Source of the DNA: Longimicrobiales bacterium
GTDB lineage: Bacteria > Gemmatimonadota > Gemmatimonadetes > Longimicrobiales > Gaopeijiaceae
Assembly (NCBI GenBank): GCA_041690395.1
Contig: JAWLHJ010000001.1
Span: 832,001 to 896,000, forward strand
DNA length: 64,000 bases
Direction: 5' to 3'
A program made the position numbers and the translations under genes. Position 1 is the first letter of the stretch. Each line of letters begins with the position of its first letter. Below, one piece after another: positions 44,241 to 53,842 of the stretch. The notes under the pieces are model-generated. The model was not told the origin of the DNA. It saw nothing but the letters and a program-made list of their open reading frames with translations, and searched no databases.

Positions 44241-45668
44241 TCAGGAGGTGGGCCTCCACCAGTCCGCCCGCTCGTCGGGTCCGGCCGGCCCGATGCGCCC
44301 ACGGGCCTGCTCGAGTAGAGAGCTCGGCTCGTAGGGCGTCCCCGCCCGCAGTACGAGCGCCACGTGGCGGGTGCTCTGGATGTCCGCCAACGGATCGCCG
44401 TCGACCACGAACAAGTCGGCCCACTTCCCGGGCTCGATCGTTCCGATCTCGTCCTCCATCTTCACCGCGCGCGCCGCATTGATCGTCCCGGCCCGGAGGG
44501 CGGCGATCGGAGGAAGGCCGGCCAGCACCATGGCGTGCAGCTCCCGGTGCGCCGAGAAGCCCGCGAGGTACTCACCGGCGCTCGGGTTGTCCGTGCCGAG
44601 TGTGATCCAGGGGCCGCCGCCCGCGTTGTAGAACGCGAGCAGGCCGCGCTTCATGGACTCGTACAGGTTCGACATGAGCTCGCTCGAGCGCGGCTCCCGC
44701 TCCGCGACGATCTCCTGGACGTACGGGGTGAAGAGCGCGGGCTCGTCGAACCAGAAGTCGAAGCCCTCGACCTTCTCGGTCAGGTAGATCGGAGCGGTGA
44801 CGGTCGGGTCATAGTAGACCTCGTTGTCCAGAAAGAGCTGGACGGTTCGGCGGAAGTCGGCGGACGCGGTGTCCACCTGGTTCCAGACCGGATACGCCGA
44901 CTGCTCCCGGTCGAGCACGTATCCGCCGAGGATGTGCTCGATACGGTCGATGCCCGCGTCGATGGCGTCGACCGAGTTGGTCGAGCCACGCGCCCCGGAG
45001 TCGACGTGGCCGGTCACCGTGCCGCCGTGGTGGTGCGCCCTCTCCACCAGCGCGCGGATATGCTCCGGGCCCGCGTTCTTGGCCTTGAAGTGGCGGACGC
45101 CTTCGGCCCACAGCGAATCGACCTCCGCGTGGATCTGCTCCGCGGTGATGTCCGGATCCCAGTCGGGGCGTGTCGCGCCGAAGTACTGGCCCGACCGTAG
45201 CAGCCTGGGCCCGACCTGCTCTCCCGATTCCAGACGCTCCTGGAGGGCCCGCATGACCTCCGGATAGTACTCGCCGGCCGGAAACGTCGTGGTGACGCCG
45301 TTGGCCAGGAAGACGAGCGGGTTGTAGCGCGTCTCCTCGACCCGCCCGTCTCCGGTGAGGTCCATGTTGTAGTGCGCGTGCAGGTCGATCAGCCCGGGGA
45401 GGAGCGTCTGCCCGTCCGCAAGCTCGATCAGCGTCGGCTCCACGCCTTCCGGAGCCCCCGCGCCGTCCTCGCCCACGCGGGCGATCCTCCCGTCCGGCGC
45501 GATGAGCACGCCGGGGTTCGGAATCCGCTCGCCGGCTTCGATGTCCACCAGCCATCCCCCTTCGATGGAGCGCCAGGCCGATGCGTCGTCGGACGTATCA
45601 CCGGACGGGGCGCCGCACGCGCTCAGGACGACCGCCGACGTGACGAGGAACCACGAATGCTTCTTCAT
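44241..45668 (-). CDS. Metal-dependent amidohydrolase family lipoprotein
   Basis: LLPGLIDLHAH, GVTT, IEH, GTD, GTIEPGKWADL; lipobox LSAC. Confidence 0.88.
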   Translation of the reverse strand: MKKHSWFLVTSAVVLSACGAPSGDTSDDASAWRSIEGGWLVDIEAGERIPNPGVLIAPDGRIARVGEDGAGAPEGVEPTLIELADGQTLLPGLIDLHAHYNMDLTGDGRVEETRYNPLVFLANGVTTTFPAGEYYPEVMRALQERLESGEQVGPRLLRSGQYFGATRPDWDPDITAEQIHAEVDSLWAEGVRHFKAKNAGPEHIRALVERAHHHGGTVTGHVDSGARGSTNSVDAIDAGIDRIEHILGGYVLDREQSAYPVWNQVDTASADFRRTVQLFLDNEVYYDPTVTAPIYLTEKVEGFDFWFDEPALFTPYVQEIVAEREPRSSELMSNLYESMKRGLLAFYNAGGGPWITLGTDNPSAGEYLAGFSAHRELHAMVLAGLPPIAALRAGTINAARAVKMEDEIGTIEPGKWADLFVVDGDPLADIQSTRHVALVLRAGTPYEPSSLLEQARGRIGPAGPDERADWWRPTS

Positions 45669-45809
45669 ACCCTGTTGGACTCCCTGGGGAACATGCCGTA
45701 CCGGCACATATTATCACACATTCGCCGTTCCGATGCCCGTTGCGGCACTCCGTGGGGCACGGGCATGTTGGGCCGCACGCCGAACCCTCCCAGCACGAAG
45801 AGGAAGTCC

Positions 45810-48194
45810 ATGCAGAAGCGTACGATCCTGGCCGTCACGCTGACCGTCGTGACGACGTTGGCGACCGCTCCCGGGGCTGCGTCCCAGGAGCCGAACTTCG
45901 GCCGGGCCGTGGCGATGTCCGGCGCGGATCTGCTCATCGGGCAGCCGGTGAACTGGTACGGTCCGGGGGCCGTGTACGCGTATCGGCTGGACGCCTCGGG
46001 CGATTGGGCCGAGCAGTCGATGCTGACCGCCTCCGACTCGGCCCGGATGGACGACTTCGGCCGCGCGCTGGCTCTGGACGGGAACACCCTGGTGGTCGGT
46101 GCGCCGCGCAAGCGGGACGGAGCGGGCGTCGCGTACGTGTTCGAGCGGCCCGGTGCGGACGGCGCCTGGACCGAGACCCGTGTGCTCGAGCCGCCGCGAG
46201 GAGGCGACCACGCCGACTACGCGGCCGCGCTGGCGCTCTCGGGCGACGACCTCCTGATCGGCTCGCCGGCCGTGGACGGGACCGGGGTCGTCTATCATTT
46301 CCGGCGTGAGGGAGGCGCTTGGGGTCTCCTGGGGACGATCCGTCCCCCCGCCGGAGACGGGGCGGTGGCGTTCGGTCGCTCGCTCGGTCTGGACGACGGT
46401 CGTCTCCTGGTCGGCGCACCCGTCGCGGATTCGGCGCGGGGTCGCGTGTACGCCGTGAGCCGGACCGCGGACGGTGGGTGGAGTGAGCCCCGCGCGGTGG
46501 AGCTCGGAGCGGACGCGCTGGCGCCAGGCTCGGCGGCGGGTTGGGCGATCGAGGTCCGTGGTGACCGGGCGTATGCCGGAGCGCCGGGGGCCGCGCGGGT
46601 GTTCGCGCTCGAGATCGGCGGCTCGGGGGACTGGACGCTGGCCGCGACCCTCCAACCCGACGCGGCGCCGCGGGGATCCCAGTTCGGATACTCGGTCGCG
46701 AGCGTAGGCGACGAGGTATGGGTCGGCGCACCCGGTGAGCAAGGCTCGGACGGGCGGGTGTACCGGTTCACCGAGGGCGCCGGTGGGTGGGGTGCGGCCG
46801 CGCGCCTCGATCCCGACCAGACCGACGGCACCTCCTGGCCGCTCGGCTTCGGATACGCCATCGCCGCGTCGGGTGATGCGGCGCTCGTGAGCATGCCGAC
46901 CCGCGACTTCGGTGAGGGCCGGGCCATGGCCCTCGCCCGCGCCGCCGGTGAATGGACGCCCGAGCAGATCCTCGAGGGGCGGATCTTCCGGATCGGGAGC
47001 GGGCTCGAGACGGGCGATCGCTGCGAGGAAGGGCGGATGGGAGAGTTCGGATGCACGAACATGGAGCTCGTCGCGCACATGCCCATCAGCGACCTCGGGG
47101 GAGAGCGCGGCGTGTGGGTCAACGACGTCTGGGGGTGGACGGATCCCGAGACGGGGCGCGACTACGCGCTCGTGGCCCGACGTGACGGTGCGTCGTTCGT
47201 CGACGTGACCGATCCCGCGATGCCCCGCCTCGTGGGCAACCTGCCCCGGACCGACGGATCACGACCCTCCGTCTGGCGGGACATCAAGGTGATCGACCAG
47301 TACGCCTACATCGTGTCGGACGGCGCGGGCGCACACGGCATGCAGGTCTTCGACCTGGGCCGGCTTCGTGAGGTGGGGAGCGAGCCCGTGGACTTCGAGC
47401 CCGACACGACCTACCGCGAGATCTTCAGCGCGCACAACGTGGTGGCGGATACGGCGTCGAAGTTCCTTTACATCGTGGGCGCCAACAGCGGGGGCCAGAC
47501 CTGTGGGGGTGGCCTGCACATCGTCGACGCGACGAGTCCGCTCACGCCCAGCTTCGCGGGGTGCTACCACGACGCCTCGAGCCCGAACGCGAGAGGCTAC
47601 ACGCACGACGCCCAGTGCCTCATCTACGAGGGGCCGGACGAGCAATACCGCGGCCGTCAGATCTGCGTCGGCTCGAACGAGTCGGAGATCAACATCGCCG
47701 ACGTGACGGACAAGTCGAATCCGGTCACGCTGGCGCGCATGAGCTACCCCAACGTGGCCTACGCGCACCAGGGGTGGTTCGACGAGGAGCAGCGCTACTT
47801 CTACATGAACGACGAGACGGACGAGATGTCCGGGAACGTCGAGGGGACCCGCACCATCGTCTGGGACCTCACGGAGCTGGACGACCCCATCGTGGCGAAC
47901 GAGTACATCGGGCCCGTAATGGCGTCCGACCACAACCTGTACGTCGTGGGTGACCGGATGTACCAGTCGAACTACGGGAGCGGGCTACGGGTGCTCGACA
48001 TCACGAACCGCACCAACCCGCACGAGATCGCTTTCTTCGACAGCGCGCCGTACAACGACGATGGCCCGGGCCACAGCGCGACCCAGAGCGGGGCGTGGAG
48101 CAACTACCCGTTCTTCGAGGACAACCTCGTGATCTTCACCAGCGTGCGTGAGGGGCTCTTCATCATGCGGGTGTCGCCTCCGCCGATGAGCTGA
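45810..48194 (+). CDS. Choice-of-anchor B family protein with N-terminal FG-GAP repeats
   Basis: FG..LA...LVVGAP repeats; NDVWGWTDP.TG..YA, WRDIKV, HDAQC, Y.HQGW, DHNLY, GAWSNYPFF. Confidence 0.85.
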   Translation: MQKRTILAVTLTVVTTLATAPGAASQEPNFGRAVAMSGADLLIGQPVNWYGPGAVYAYRLDASGDWAEQSMLTASDSARMDDFGRALALDGNTLVVGAPRKRDGAGVAYVFERPGADGAWTETRVLEPPRGGDHADYAAALALSGDDLLIGSPAVDGTGVVYHFRREGGAWGLLGTIRPPAGDGAVAFGRSLGLDDGRLLVGAPVADSARGRVYAVSRTADGGWSEPRAVELGADALAPGSAAGWAIEVRGDRAYAGAPGAARVFALEIGGSGDWTLAATLQPDAAPRGSQFGYSVASVGDEVWVGAPGEQGSDGRVYRFTEGAGGWGAAARLDPDQTDGTSWPLGFGYAIAASGDAALVSMPTRDFGEGRAMALARAAGEWTPEQILEGRIFRIGSGLETGDRCEEGRMGEFGCTNMELVAHMPISDLGGERGVWVNDVWGWTDPETGRDYALVARRDGASFVDVTDPAMPRLVGNLPRTDGSRPSVWRDIKVIDQYAYIVSDGAGAHGMQVFDLGRLREVGSEPVDFEPDTTYREIFSAHNVVADTASKFLYIVGANSGGQTCGGGLHIVDATSPLTPSFAGCYHDASSPNARGYTHDAQCLIYEGPDEQYRGRQICVGSNESEINIADVTDKSNPVTLARMSYPNVAYAHQGWFDEEQRYFYMNDETDEMSGNVEGTRTIVWDLTELDDPIVANEYIGPVMASDHNLYVVGDRMYQSNYGSGLRVLDITNRTNPHEIAFFDSAPYNDDGPGHSATQSGAWSNYPFFEDNLVIFTSVREGLFIMRVSPPPMS

Positions 48195-48233
48195 CCGGGG
48201 AGGGCGGAGCGCCGTCTCTCTCGAGCTGAACCG

Positions 48234-48269
48234 AAAACGGCCGGCGCGGGTCCATCCCGCGCCGGCCGT
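48234..48269 (-). terminator. Hairpin terminator between convergent genes
   Basis: 14-bp stem ACGGCCGGCGCGGG/CCCGCGCCGGCCGT with a short A-tract on the left. Confidence 0.7.
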
Positions 48270-48308
48270 CCGGTCATCTGGGGAGGTTGTATTCGGGGGA
48301 AGCGCGGA

Positions 48309-48746
48309 TCAGCCCTGAACTTCGGCGAGCGCTTCCTCGAACCGGGCGCGGACGTTCTCGTCCGTGTTGATGAGCTGGACCATCTGCTGGTACTGATCGA
48401 CCGAAAGCCCATGGTCCTGGAGCACGGTCTGCATCTCGTTCGTAGCCTCGGCCTGGATCTGATTCTGCTCCTCGGGCGTTGGTGCGGCCTGGGCTCTCGC
48501 GTCGGCGTCACTCTGCAGCTCGTTGAGCGCCACGTAGACCTCGGCCATCGTCTCGATGTCCGCGTCGCTCAGCTCCGCGCCTGGTTGCGCGCCGGGCATC
48601 TGGCCCGGCTGTTCAGCCGGCTGGCCCTCCATGCCGGGGCCGCCGCCGCCGGGCATCGACTGATCGCCTGGCTGACACGCGAGGAAGAGAGGAAGTGCCA
48701 GGAAGAGGGCCGGTGAGACGAACGCTTTCAGCTTCGATGCGCTCAT
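48309..48746 (-). CDS. DUF4168-like Gln-rich lipoprotein
   Basis: Lipobox LAC; 'QIQAEA..EM..VLQDHGLSVDQYQQM'. Confidence 0.75.
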   Translation of the reverse strand: MSASKLKAFVSPALFLALPLFLACQPGDQSMPGGGGPGMEGQPAEQPGQMPGAQPGAELSDADIETMAEVYVALNELQSDADARAQAAPTPEEQNQIQAEATNEMQTVLQDHGLSVDQYQQMVQLINTDENVRARFEEALAEVQG

Positions 48747-48933
48747 GTGTGCTCCCGTGCTGCTCGTGGAGCACCCCCAGGCCAAGGCTCGGAGCCGCCG
48801 GATCGGCTCCACGAAAGGAAAATTGACGCCTTTCCATATGAACCTCGGCGCTCGATGTTCCGTCGGACATCCAGCTCCCCTTCCCGCAGTGCCAACACGG
48901 GATCCATACTTGCGCGCCGCGCGGTCCCGACCC

Positions 48934-51606
48934 TCACTCGCTGTTGAGCACCGTGACCGGGTCGACCCGGCTCGCCCGCCAGCCGGGCACGAGCGCCGCC
49001 GCGGCCGCGACGACGAGCAGTAGCGCCGCCACCCCCGCGAACGTCACCGGATCCGACGGCTCGATCTCGTAGAGGGCCGAAGAGAGCGCACCGCTCGACA
49101 GGCTGGCCACGGCCAACCCGACCACGAGGCCCGCGACGACCGCGGCCAGGCTCCCACGAAGCGCGGAACCGAGGACCTCCACTCGCGACGCGCCGAGCGC
49201 GATCCGGACCCCGAACTCCGCCGAGCGACGGCCAACCCCATAGGCGGTCACGCCGAAGACACCGATCGACGCGAGGAGGAGCGCCAGCGCCCCGAACGCT
49301 CCCAGGACGGTCGCGAGGAAACGGGTAGTGGCGGCCGACCGGTCGACGACGCTCGACAGCTCCTCGACACCCGTGATGGGCACGTCGGCGTCGACGGCCC
49401 AGACGGCCTCACGAACGTCGGCCGTCCGAGCGAGTGGCTCGTCTCCGCCCCGCATGCGCGCCACGACCCAGAACGACATATTCCACGTCATCTGCGCGTG
49501 CGTGAAATACATCTCGGGTCGGGGCTCGATGCCCAGACCTTGCTGACGAACATCGTTCACCACCCCGACGACCTGGTGGGGATCCCCCTCCGTGGACAGC
49601 ACGCGGAGCTCCTTGCCCACGGCATCCTGGCCGGGCCAGAAGCGGTCGGCGAACGCCTGGTTCACGACTACGGCCGGTAGAGCGTCCGCGCCGTCCGTCT
49701 CCGTCAGCGTGCGGCCCCCGAGGAGGGACATGCCGACGGTCTCGAAGTAGCCGGGCCAGACCACCCGGAAGTTGATCGAGGGGATGACCCGTCCCGGCCC
49801 CACCTCCTGTCCCTCGATGAAGGTCGGGAAGCTCCAGTTGTTCGTGGTGCCCGGCAGCAGGTGGATCGCCGACGCGGTCTCGACCCCCGGCACCGCACGT
49901 ACGCGCTCGAGCACCTGAGCGTAGTACTGATGGAACGCCTCACCGTCCGGGTAGCGCCCCTCCGGCGGACTGGGCTGCAGGACGAGCACGCCCGCGCCGT
50001 CGAGCCCCGGATCCTCGGAGGTCATGCGGTGGAGCGAGCGCAGCATGAGCCCGGAGCCGACGACGACCACTACCGCGAGCGCGATCTCGGCGCCCACCAG
50101 GCTGGTCGTGAGCCTCGAGCGTCGACGCCCGCTGGTCGAGCGACCGGCCCCGCCGAGGGTCGCGGTCGCGTCCACCCGGCTCGCTCGGAGCGCGGGCACG
50201 AGGCCGGCCCCGAGGGAGGCCAGCGCGGTGGCGGCGAGGGCGTACCCGAGCACGAGCCCGTCCACGCCGATCTCGTCGAGCCGGGGGAAAGCCGGAGGCG
50301 CGAGTCGGACCACCAGGCGCACCAGGCCGAAGGAGAGGAGGATACCCGCCATCCCACCGGCGAGGCCCGCCAGTCCGGTCTCCACGAGGAGCATCCGGGT
50401 GACGCGCGCCCGTCCCGCGCCGAGCGCCGCGCGCACCGCGAGGTCGCCCTGTCGGGCTTCGCCGCGGGCGAGGAGGAGGTTGGCCACGTTGGCGCAGGCG
50501 ATGAGCAGGACGAGCGAGACCGCGCCCAGGGCCACCCACATGACCGGGCCGACCGCGCCCGCCTTCTGGGTACGGAGCGGCGTGACAGCCGCGGTCTCGA
50601 CCCGCGACGCCTGGATCGTCTGATCCATGCGCGCCTGGATGCCCCGCGCGAAAGCGCGGACCTGCTCGGTCGCCTGCTCCAGGGTCGCCCCTGGCGCGAG
50701 GCGGGCCACGCGGTCGTTCACGTGCCAGGTCTCGTCGTCCTCCACGGGCGTGCCGGCGGCAAGGGCCAGCGGGATCCAGACGTCCGGATCACCGCGCACC
50801 GGACGGAAGTCGGGCGACATCACTCCGATGACGGTCCGCCGTGGATGGTCGTTGGACGCGAGCTCCACCGTGCGCCCCACCACGTCCGGGTCGGCACCGA
50901 ACGCTCGGACCCACAGCTCGTGCGAGAGGATGGCCACGGCGTCCGCGCCGGGAACACCCTCCTCGAGCGTGAAGTCTCGGCCGAGCGCCGGGCGCACTCC
51001 GAGGGTCCGGAAATGCCCCGGTGAGACCTTCGCACCCTCGATCTGGAGGGGCTCGCCCTCACCGGTCAGCGTGAGGGCCCAGCCGCTGATCCCCGAGACG
51101 GTCTCCAGCGCGGGAGCCGCCTCCTGGAGATCGCGCACCATGGCCGTGTTGAAGTTCTGTTCCGGCCAGACCGCTACGAGCCGCTCCGGCTCGTCGTAGG
51201 GAAGCGGCTTGAGCAGCACGGCGCTCACGACCGAGAACGTCGCCGTCGCCGTGCCTATGCCGAGCGCGAGCGTGCCCACGACCATCGCTGTGAGCATCGG
51301 GGTCCGCGCCAGCGTGCGGACGGCCTGTCCGAGATCCTGCGTCCAGCGATCCATGCCTCCCCTCCTCCCCTTGTAGATCCACCCAGTCAGTCGCTTCCAG
51401 CGCTCCACGAGCGCCGCGGCCAGCACGTCCGTGCAGGCACGTATCCATATACGCCCCCGGGACCACCGCCCCGGGGCTCTCTCCAGGCGCCCTCGTAGGA
51501 GCTCCTCCATGTCGTGGCCGAACGGTCCACGAATCGTGCGCGGCAACAACAGCAGGAGCGCGCGGTAGCCGCGCATACCCACGCTGCTCGGTTCCTGGTC
51601 ACCCAC
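48934..51606 (-). CDS. ADOP-type duplicated MacB/FtsX permease (no ATPase gene adjacent)
   Basis: Prefix 'YRALLLLLP..IR..FG.DM'; QDL..A.R.L.R.P; LLIACANVANLLL; EFGVRIALGA; RASRVDP...L..E. Confidence 0.9.
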   Translation of the reverse strand: MGDQEPSSVGMRGYRALLLLLPRTIRGPFGHDMEELLRGRLERAPGRWSRGRIWIRACTDVLAAALVERWKRLTGWIYKGRRGGMDRWTQDLGQAVRTLARTPMLTAMVVGTLALGIGTATATFSVVSAVLLKPLPYDEPERLVAVWPEQNFNTAMVRDLQEAAPALETVSGISGWALTLTGEGEPLQIEGAKVSPGHFRTLGVRPALGRDFTLEEGVPGADAVAILSHELWVRAFGADPDVVGRTVELASNDHPRRTVIGVMSPDFRPVRGDPDVWIPLALAAGTPVEDDETWHVNDRVARLAPGATLEQATEQVRAFARGIQARMDQTIQASRVETAAVTPLRTQKAGAVGPVMWVALGAVSLVLLIACANVANLLLARGEARQGDLAVRAALGAGRARVTRMLLVETGLAGLAGGMAGILLSFGLVRLVVRLAPPAFPRLDEIGVDGLVLGYALAATALASLGAGLVPALRASRVDATATLGGAGRSTSGRRRSRLTTSLVGAEIALAVVVVVGSGLMLRSLHRMTSEDPGLDGAGVLVLQPSPPEGRYPDGEAFHQYYAQVLERVRAVPGVETASAIHLLPGTTNNWSFPTFIEGQEVGPGRVIPSINFRVVWPGYFETVGMSLLGGRTLTETDGADALPAVVVNQAFADRFWPGQDAVGKELRVLSTEGDPHQVVGVVNDVRQQGLGIEPRPEMYFTHAQMTWNMSFWVVARMRGGDEPLARTADVREAVWAVDADVPITGVEELSSVVDRSAATTRFLATVLGAFGALALLLASIGVFGVTAYGVGRRSAEFGVRIALGASRVEVLGSALRGSLAAVVAGLVVGLAVASLSSGALSSALYEIEPSDPVTFAGVAALLLVVAAAAALVPGWRASRVDPVTVLNSE

Positions 51607-51610
51607 GATG

Positions 51611-51931
51611 CTAGGCGTTACCGAGCAGTTGATTCGCCGCGGCCTCGCGTACCAGATCCCGCAGCCGCCTCGCCTCCGCCCTCGCGACCTCGTGGCCGGC
51701 TTCCGTCAGCCGCACGTAGGTGCGCCGAGGATCGGCGTCCTCGGGGGCGGCGCACTCCTCGATCCAACCGCGATCGAGCAGGTCCCGCACACGGCGAAAG
51801 AGGTTCGCCGGATACAGGGTCATCCGGTCACCCTCGGCCTCCTCGATGCGGCGAACGATCTCGGTGCCGTAGCTCGGGCCGGCGGTCAGCACCATCAGAA
51901 TACGGAACTCGAGGGGGTGGATGGGCCCCAT
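51611..51931 (-). CDS. PadR-family transcriptional regulator
   Basis: GGAGG RBS; ILMVL..GPSYG.EI, PANLFR...L..RGWIEE, RR.Y.RLT.AG. Confidence 0.88.
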   Translation of the reverse strand: MGPIHPLEFRILMVLTAGPSYGTEIVRRIEEAEGDRMTLYPANLFRRVRDLLDRGWIEECAAPEDADPRRTYVRLTEAGHEVARAEARRLRDLVREAAANQLLGNA

Positions 51932-51977
51932 GTTCTCTCCTCCAGCGGGCGGGTCGCGCACGCACGCGCCCAAGTCG

Positions 51978-52000
51978 TCATCTCGACACTATCGATATGA
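51978..52000. promoter_or_regulatory. Putative PadR operator TCATCTCGA-N5-TCGATATGA
   Basis: 8/9 inverted repeat about 46 nt upstream of padR. Confidence 0.6.
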
Positions 52001-52025
52001 CACAATCAGCCCGAGAAGGGTTGCC

Positions 52026-52490
52026 TCAGAGCGTCGCGAAGAGGTGTGTCCAGTGGCCGTCGACCAGGCCGACGCCGTGCTCCTCGAGCTGGCAGTTCTC
52101 GATGTTGGTCCGGTGGCCGGGGCTCCCGAGCCAGGCCTCGAGCACGGAGGATCCCGTCTCGAACCCCCGGGCGATGTTCTCGGCCATCCGGCGGTAGTCG
52201 ATCTCGGCCGCGCGGAGCCGGTCCGCCGGCGAAGCGCCGTCGGGATTGGTGTGTTCGAAGTAGTCTCGGACGACCATGTCCTGGCTGTGGGCGAGGGCCA
52301 CGGCCGCCACGTCTCCGTTCCACCGGAGGGCCGAGCATCCGACCGAAGCGCGGTGCTCGTTCATGAGCGACACGAACGCTTCGACCTCACCATCGAGCTC
52401 GGGCTCGAGCGGTGAGGTGGCGTCGCATCCTGCCAGAAGGACGGGCAGAAAGACGAGGAGGGTGCGCAGACCGGGGGCCAGGGGGCGCAT
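52026..52490 (-). CDS. CAP/SCP-domain lipoprotein
   Basis: Lipobox LAGC; N.HR, AHS.DM..RDYF.H, AENIA.G, WL.SPGHR.NI. Confidence 0.9.
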   Translation of the reverse strand: MRPLAPGLRTLLVFLPVLLAGCDATSPLEPELDGEVEAFVSLMNEHRASVGCSALRWNGDVAAVALAHSQDMVVRDYFEHTNPDGASPADRLRAAEIDYRRMAENIARGFETGSSVLEAWLGSPGHRTNIENCQLEEHGVGLVDGHWTHLFATL

Positions 52491-52735
52491 GCGGGTTCAG
52501 CTGGAGGGGAGCGGTGGTGCCGGGACGCCCATCTCTTGAGAAAGAAGCGTGCCGCGTCAGTTCGCGGGGCGTTCGAGGACCGCCCGCACACCCGGGTTGA
52601 CCGGCTCGCGCTGGAGCGTGAGCGCGTAGAACCGCTGACCACGCCTTCGGTTGAAGATCGCGCCGTAGGTCCCGTGGTGAGATCCCATGTCGCCTATGAT
52701 TGACACGGATGTCGTGTCGGCATTCCATTGGCGTC

Positions 52736-53842
52736 ATGGTGTCTCGCTCCCCCATCCATTCATCCGTGCGCGATCTGCGACTCGGCGCGGGCTGGTCCCA
52801 GTCCGAGCTCGGTGACCGCGTCGGACTGACCCGCCAGAGCCTCTCGGCGATCGAGGCCGGGAAGGCGGTGCCGTCGACCGACGTAGCGCTGAGGCTCGCC
52901 CGCACGCTCGGGGTGGCGGTCGAGGAGCTCTTCCGTCTGCGGGACGCCCCGGCTCCCGTCGAGCGTGCGGAGCGGTCGGGGCTCGGAGGCGCGCTACCGG
53001 GGCGCGTGCGGCTGGCGACGGTGTCGGGCAGGACATGGGCCTACGGACTCGATCTGGCCGATCCGGGCGGCGCCGACGCGGCCGATGGCATGGGCGAGGT
53101 CGGCGCGGACGGCCGCGTGCTCGTGCGCCCGCTCGCGGAGCGCCCCGAGCGACCGGATCTCGTGGTCGCCGGGTGTGACCCGGCGTTCGGTCTCGTCCGC
53201 GAGCGACTCCGCCGAGAGCACGGGCTGGAGGTGCTCTGGCTCCGCACCGGCAGCCGGGCCGCGCTCGACGCCCTCGCGCGGGGCGCCGTGCACGTCGCCG
53301 GCATCCATCTCCGTGATGCCGAATCCGGGGCGTACAACGGTCCGTGGATCGACCGGGTGGTCCCGTTCGCCGCGACCCGCATCGCTTTCGCCACGTGGGA
53401 ACAGGCGATCCTCGTGGGCCGGGGCAATCCTCTCGGTATCCGGAGGATCGAGGATCTGGCCCGCCCCGACGTCCGTTTCGTGAACCGGGAGCCGGGCTCG
53501 GGGAGCCGTGCGCTCGTGGAGAGCGCTCTCGCGGAGCACGGCCTCGACGCCGGGGCGATCCCGGGCTTTCTGGAGACGTCGGCGGACCGGCATGAGACGG
53601 TCGCGCGCGCCATCGCGTCCGGCGTGGCGCAGGCGGGCGTGGCGATCCGGGCCGTGGGGCACGCCCTGGAGCTCGGAGTCGTTCCGCTCGCGACCGAACC
53701 GTACGAGCTGGTCGTGCCGGACCATTTCCTGGACCTTCCCGCGGTGGACAGCCTCCTCGGCGTCCTTCGACGTTCCGCGATGCGGGAGCAGGTCGAGGCG
53801 TTGACCGGGTACGATGCGGGCTCGATGGGCGTGCCGCTGTGA
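52736..53842 (+). CDS. XRE-HTH + periplasmic-binding-fold molybdate-responsive regulator
   Basis: SQ.EL...VGLTRQ.L.AIE.G...PS; GCDP, GS..AL, FVNRE.GSGSR; GACACG-N5-CGTGTC inverted repeat at 52702-52718 overlapping TTGACA. Confidence 0.85.
   Translation: MVSRSPIHSSVRDLRLGAGWSQSELGDRVGLTRQSLSAIEAGKAVPSTDVALRLARTLGVAVEELFRLRDAPAPVERAERSGLGGALPGRVRLATVSGRTWAYGLDLADPGGADAADGMGEVGADGRVLVRPLAERPERPDLVVAGCDPAFGLVRERLRREHGLEVLWLRTGSRAALDALARGAVHVAGIHLRDAESGAYNGPWIDRVVPFAATRIAFATWEQAILVGRGNPLGIRRIEDLARPDVRFVNREPGSGSRALVESALAEHGLDAGAIPGFLETSADRHETVARAIASGVAQAGVAIRAVGHALELGVVPLATEPYELVVPDHFLDLPAVDSLLGVLRRSAMREQVEALTGYDAGSMGVPL

Noticed and set aside
52491..52735. Moco/Tuco riboswitch upstream of the mod operon
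   Set aside because: No recognisable conserved stems; a protein regulator and an inverted repeat are present instead.
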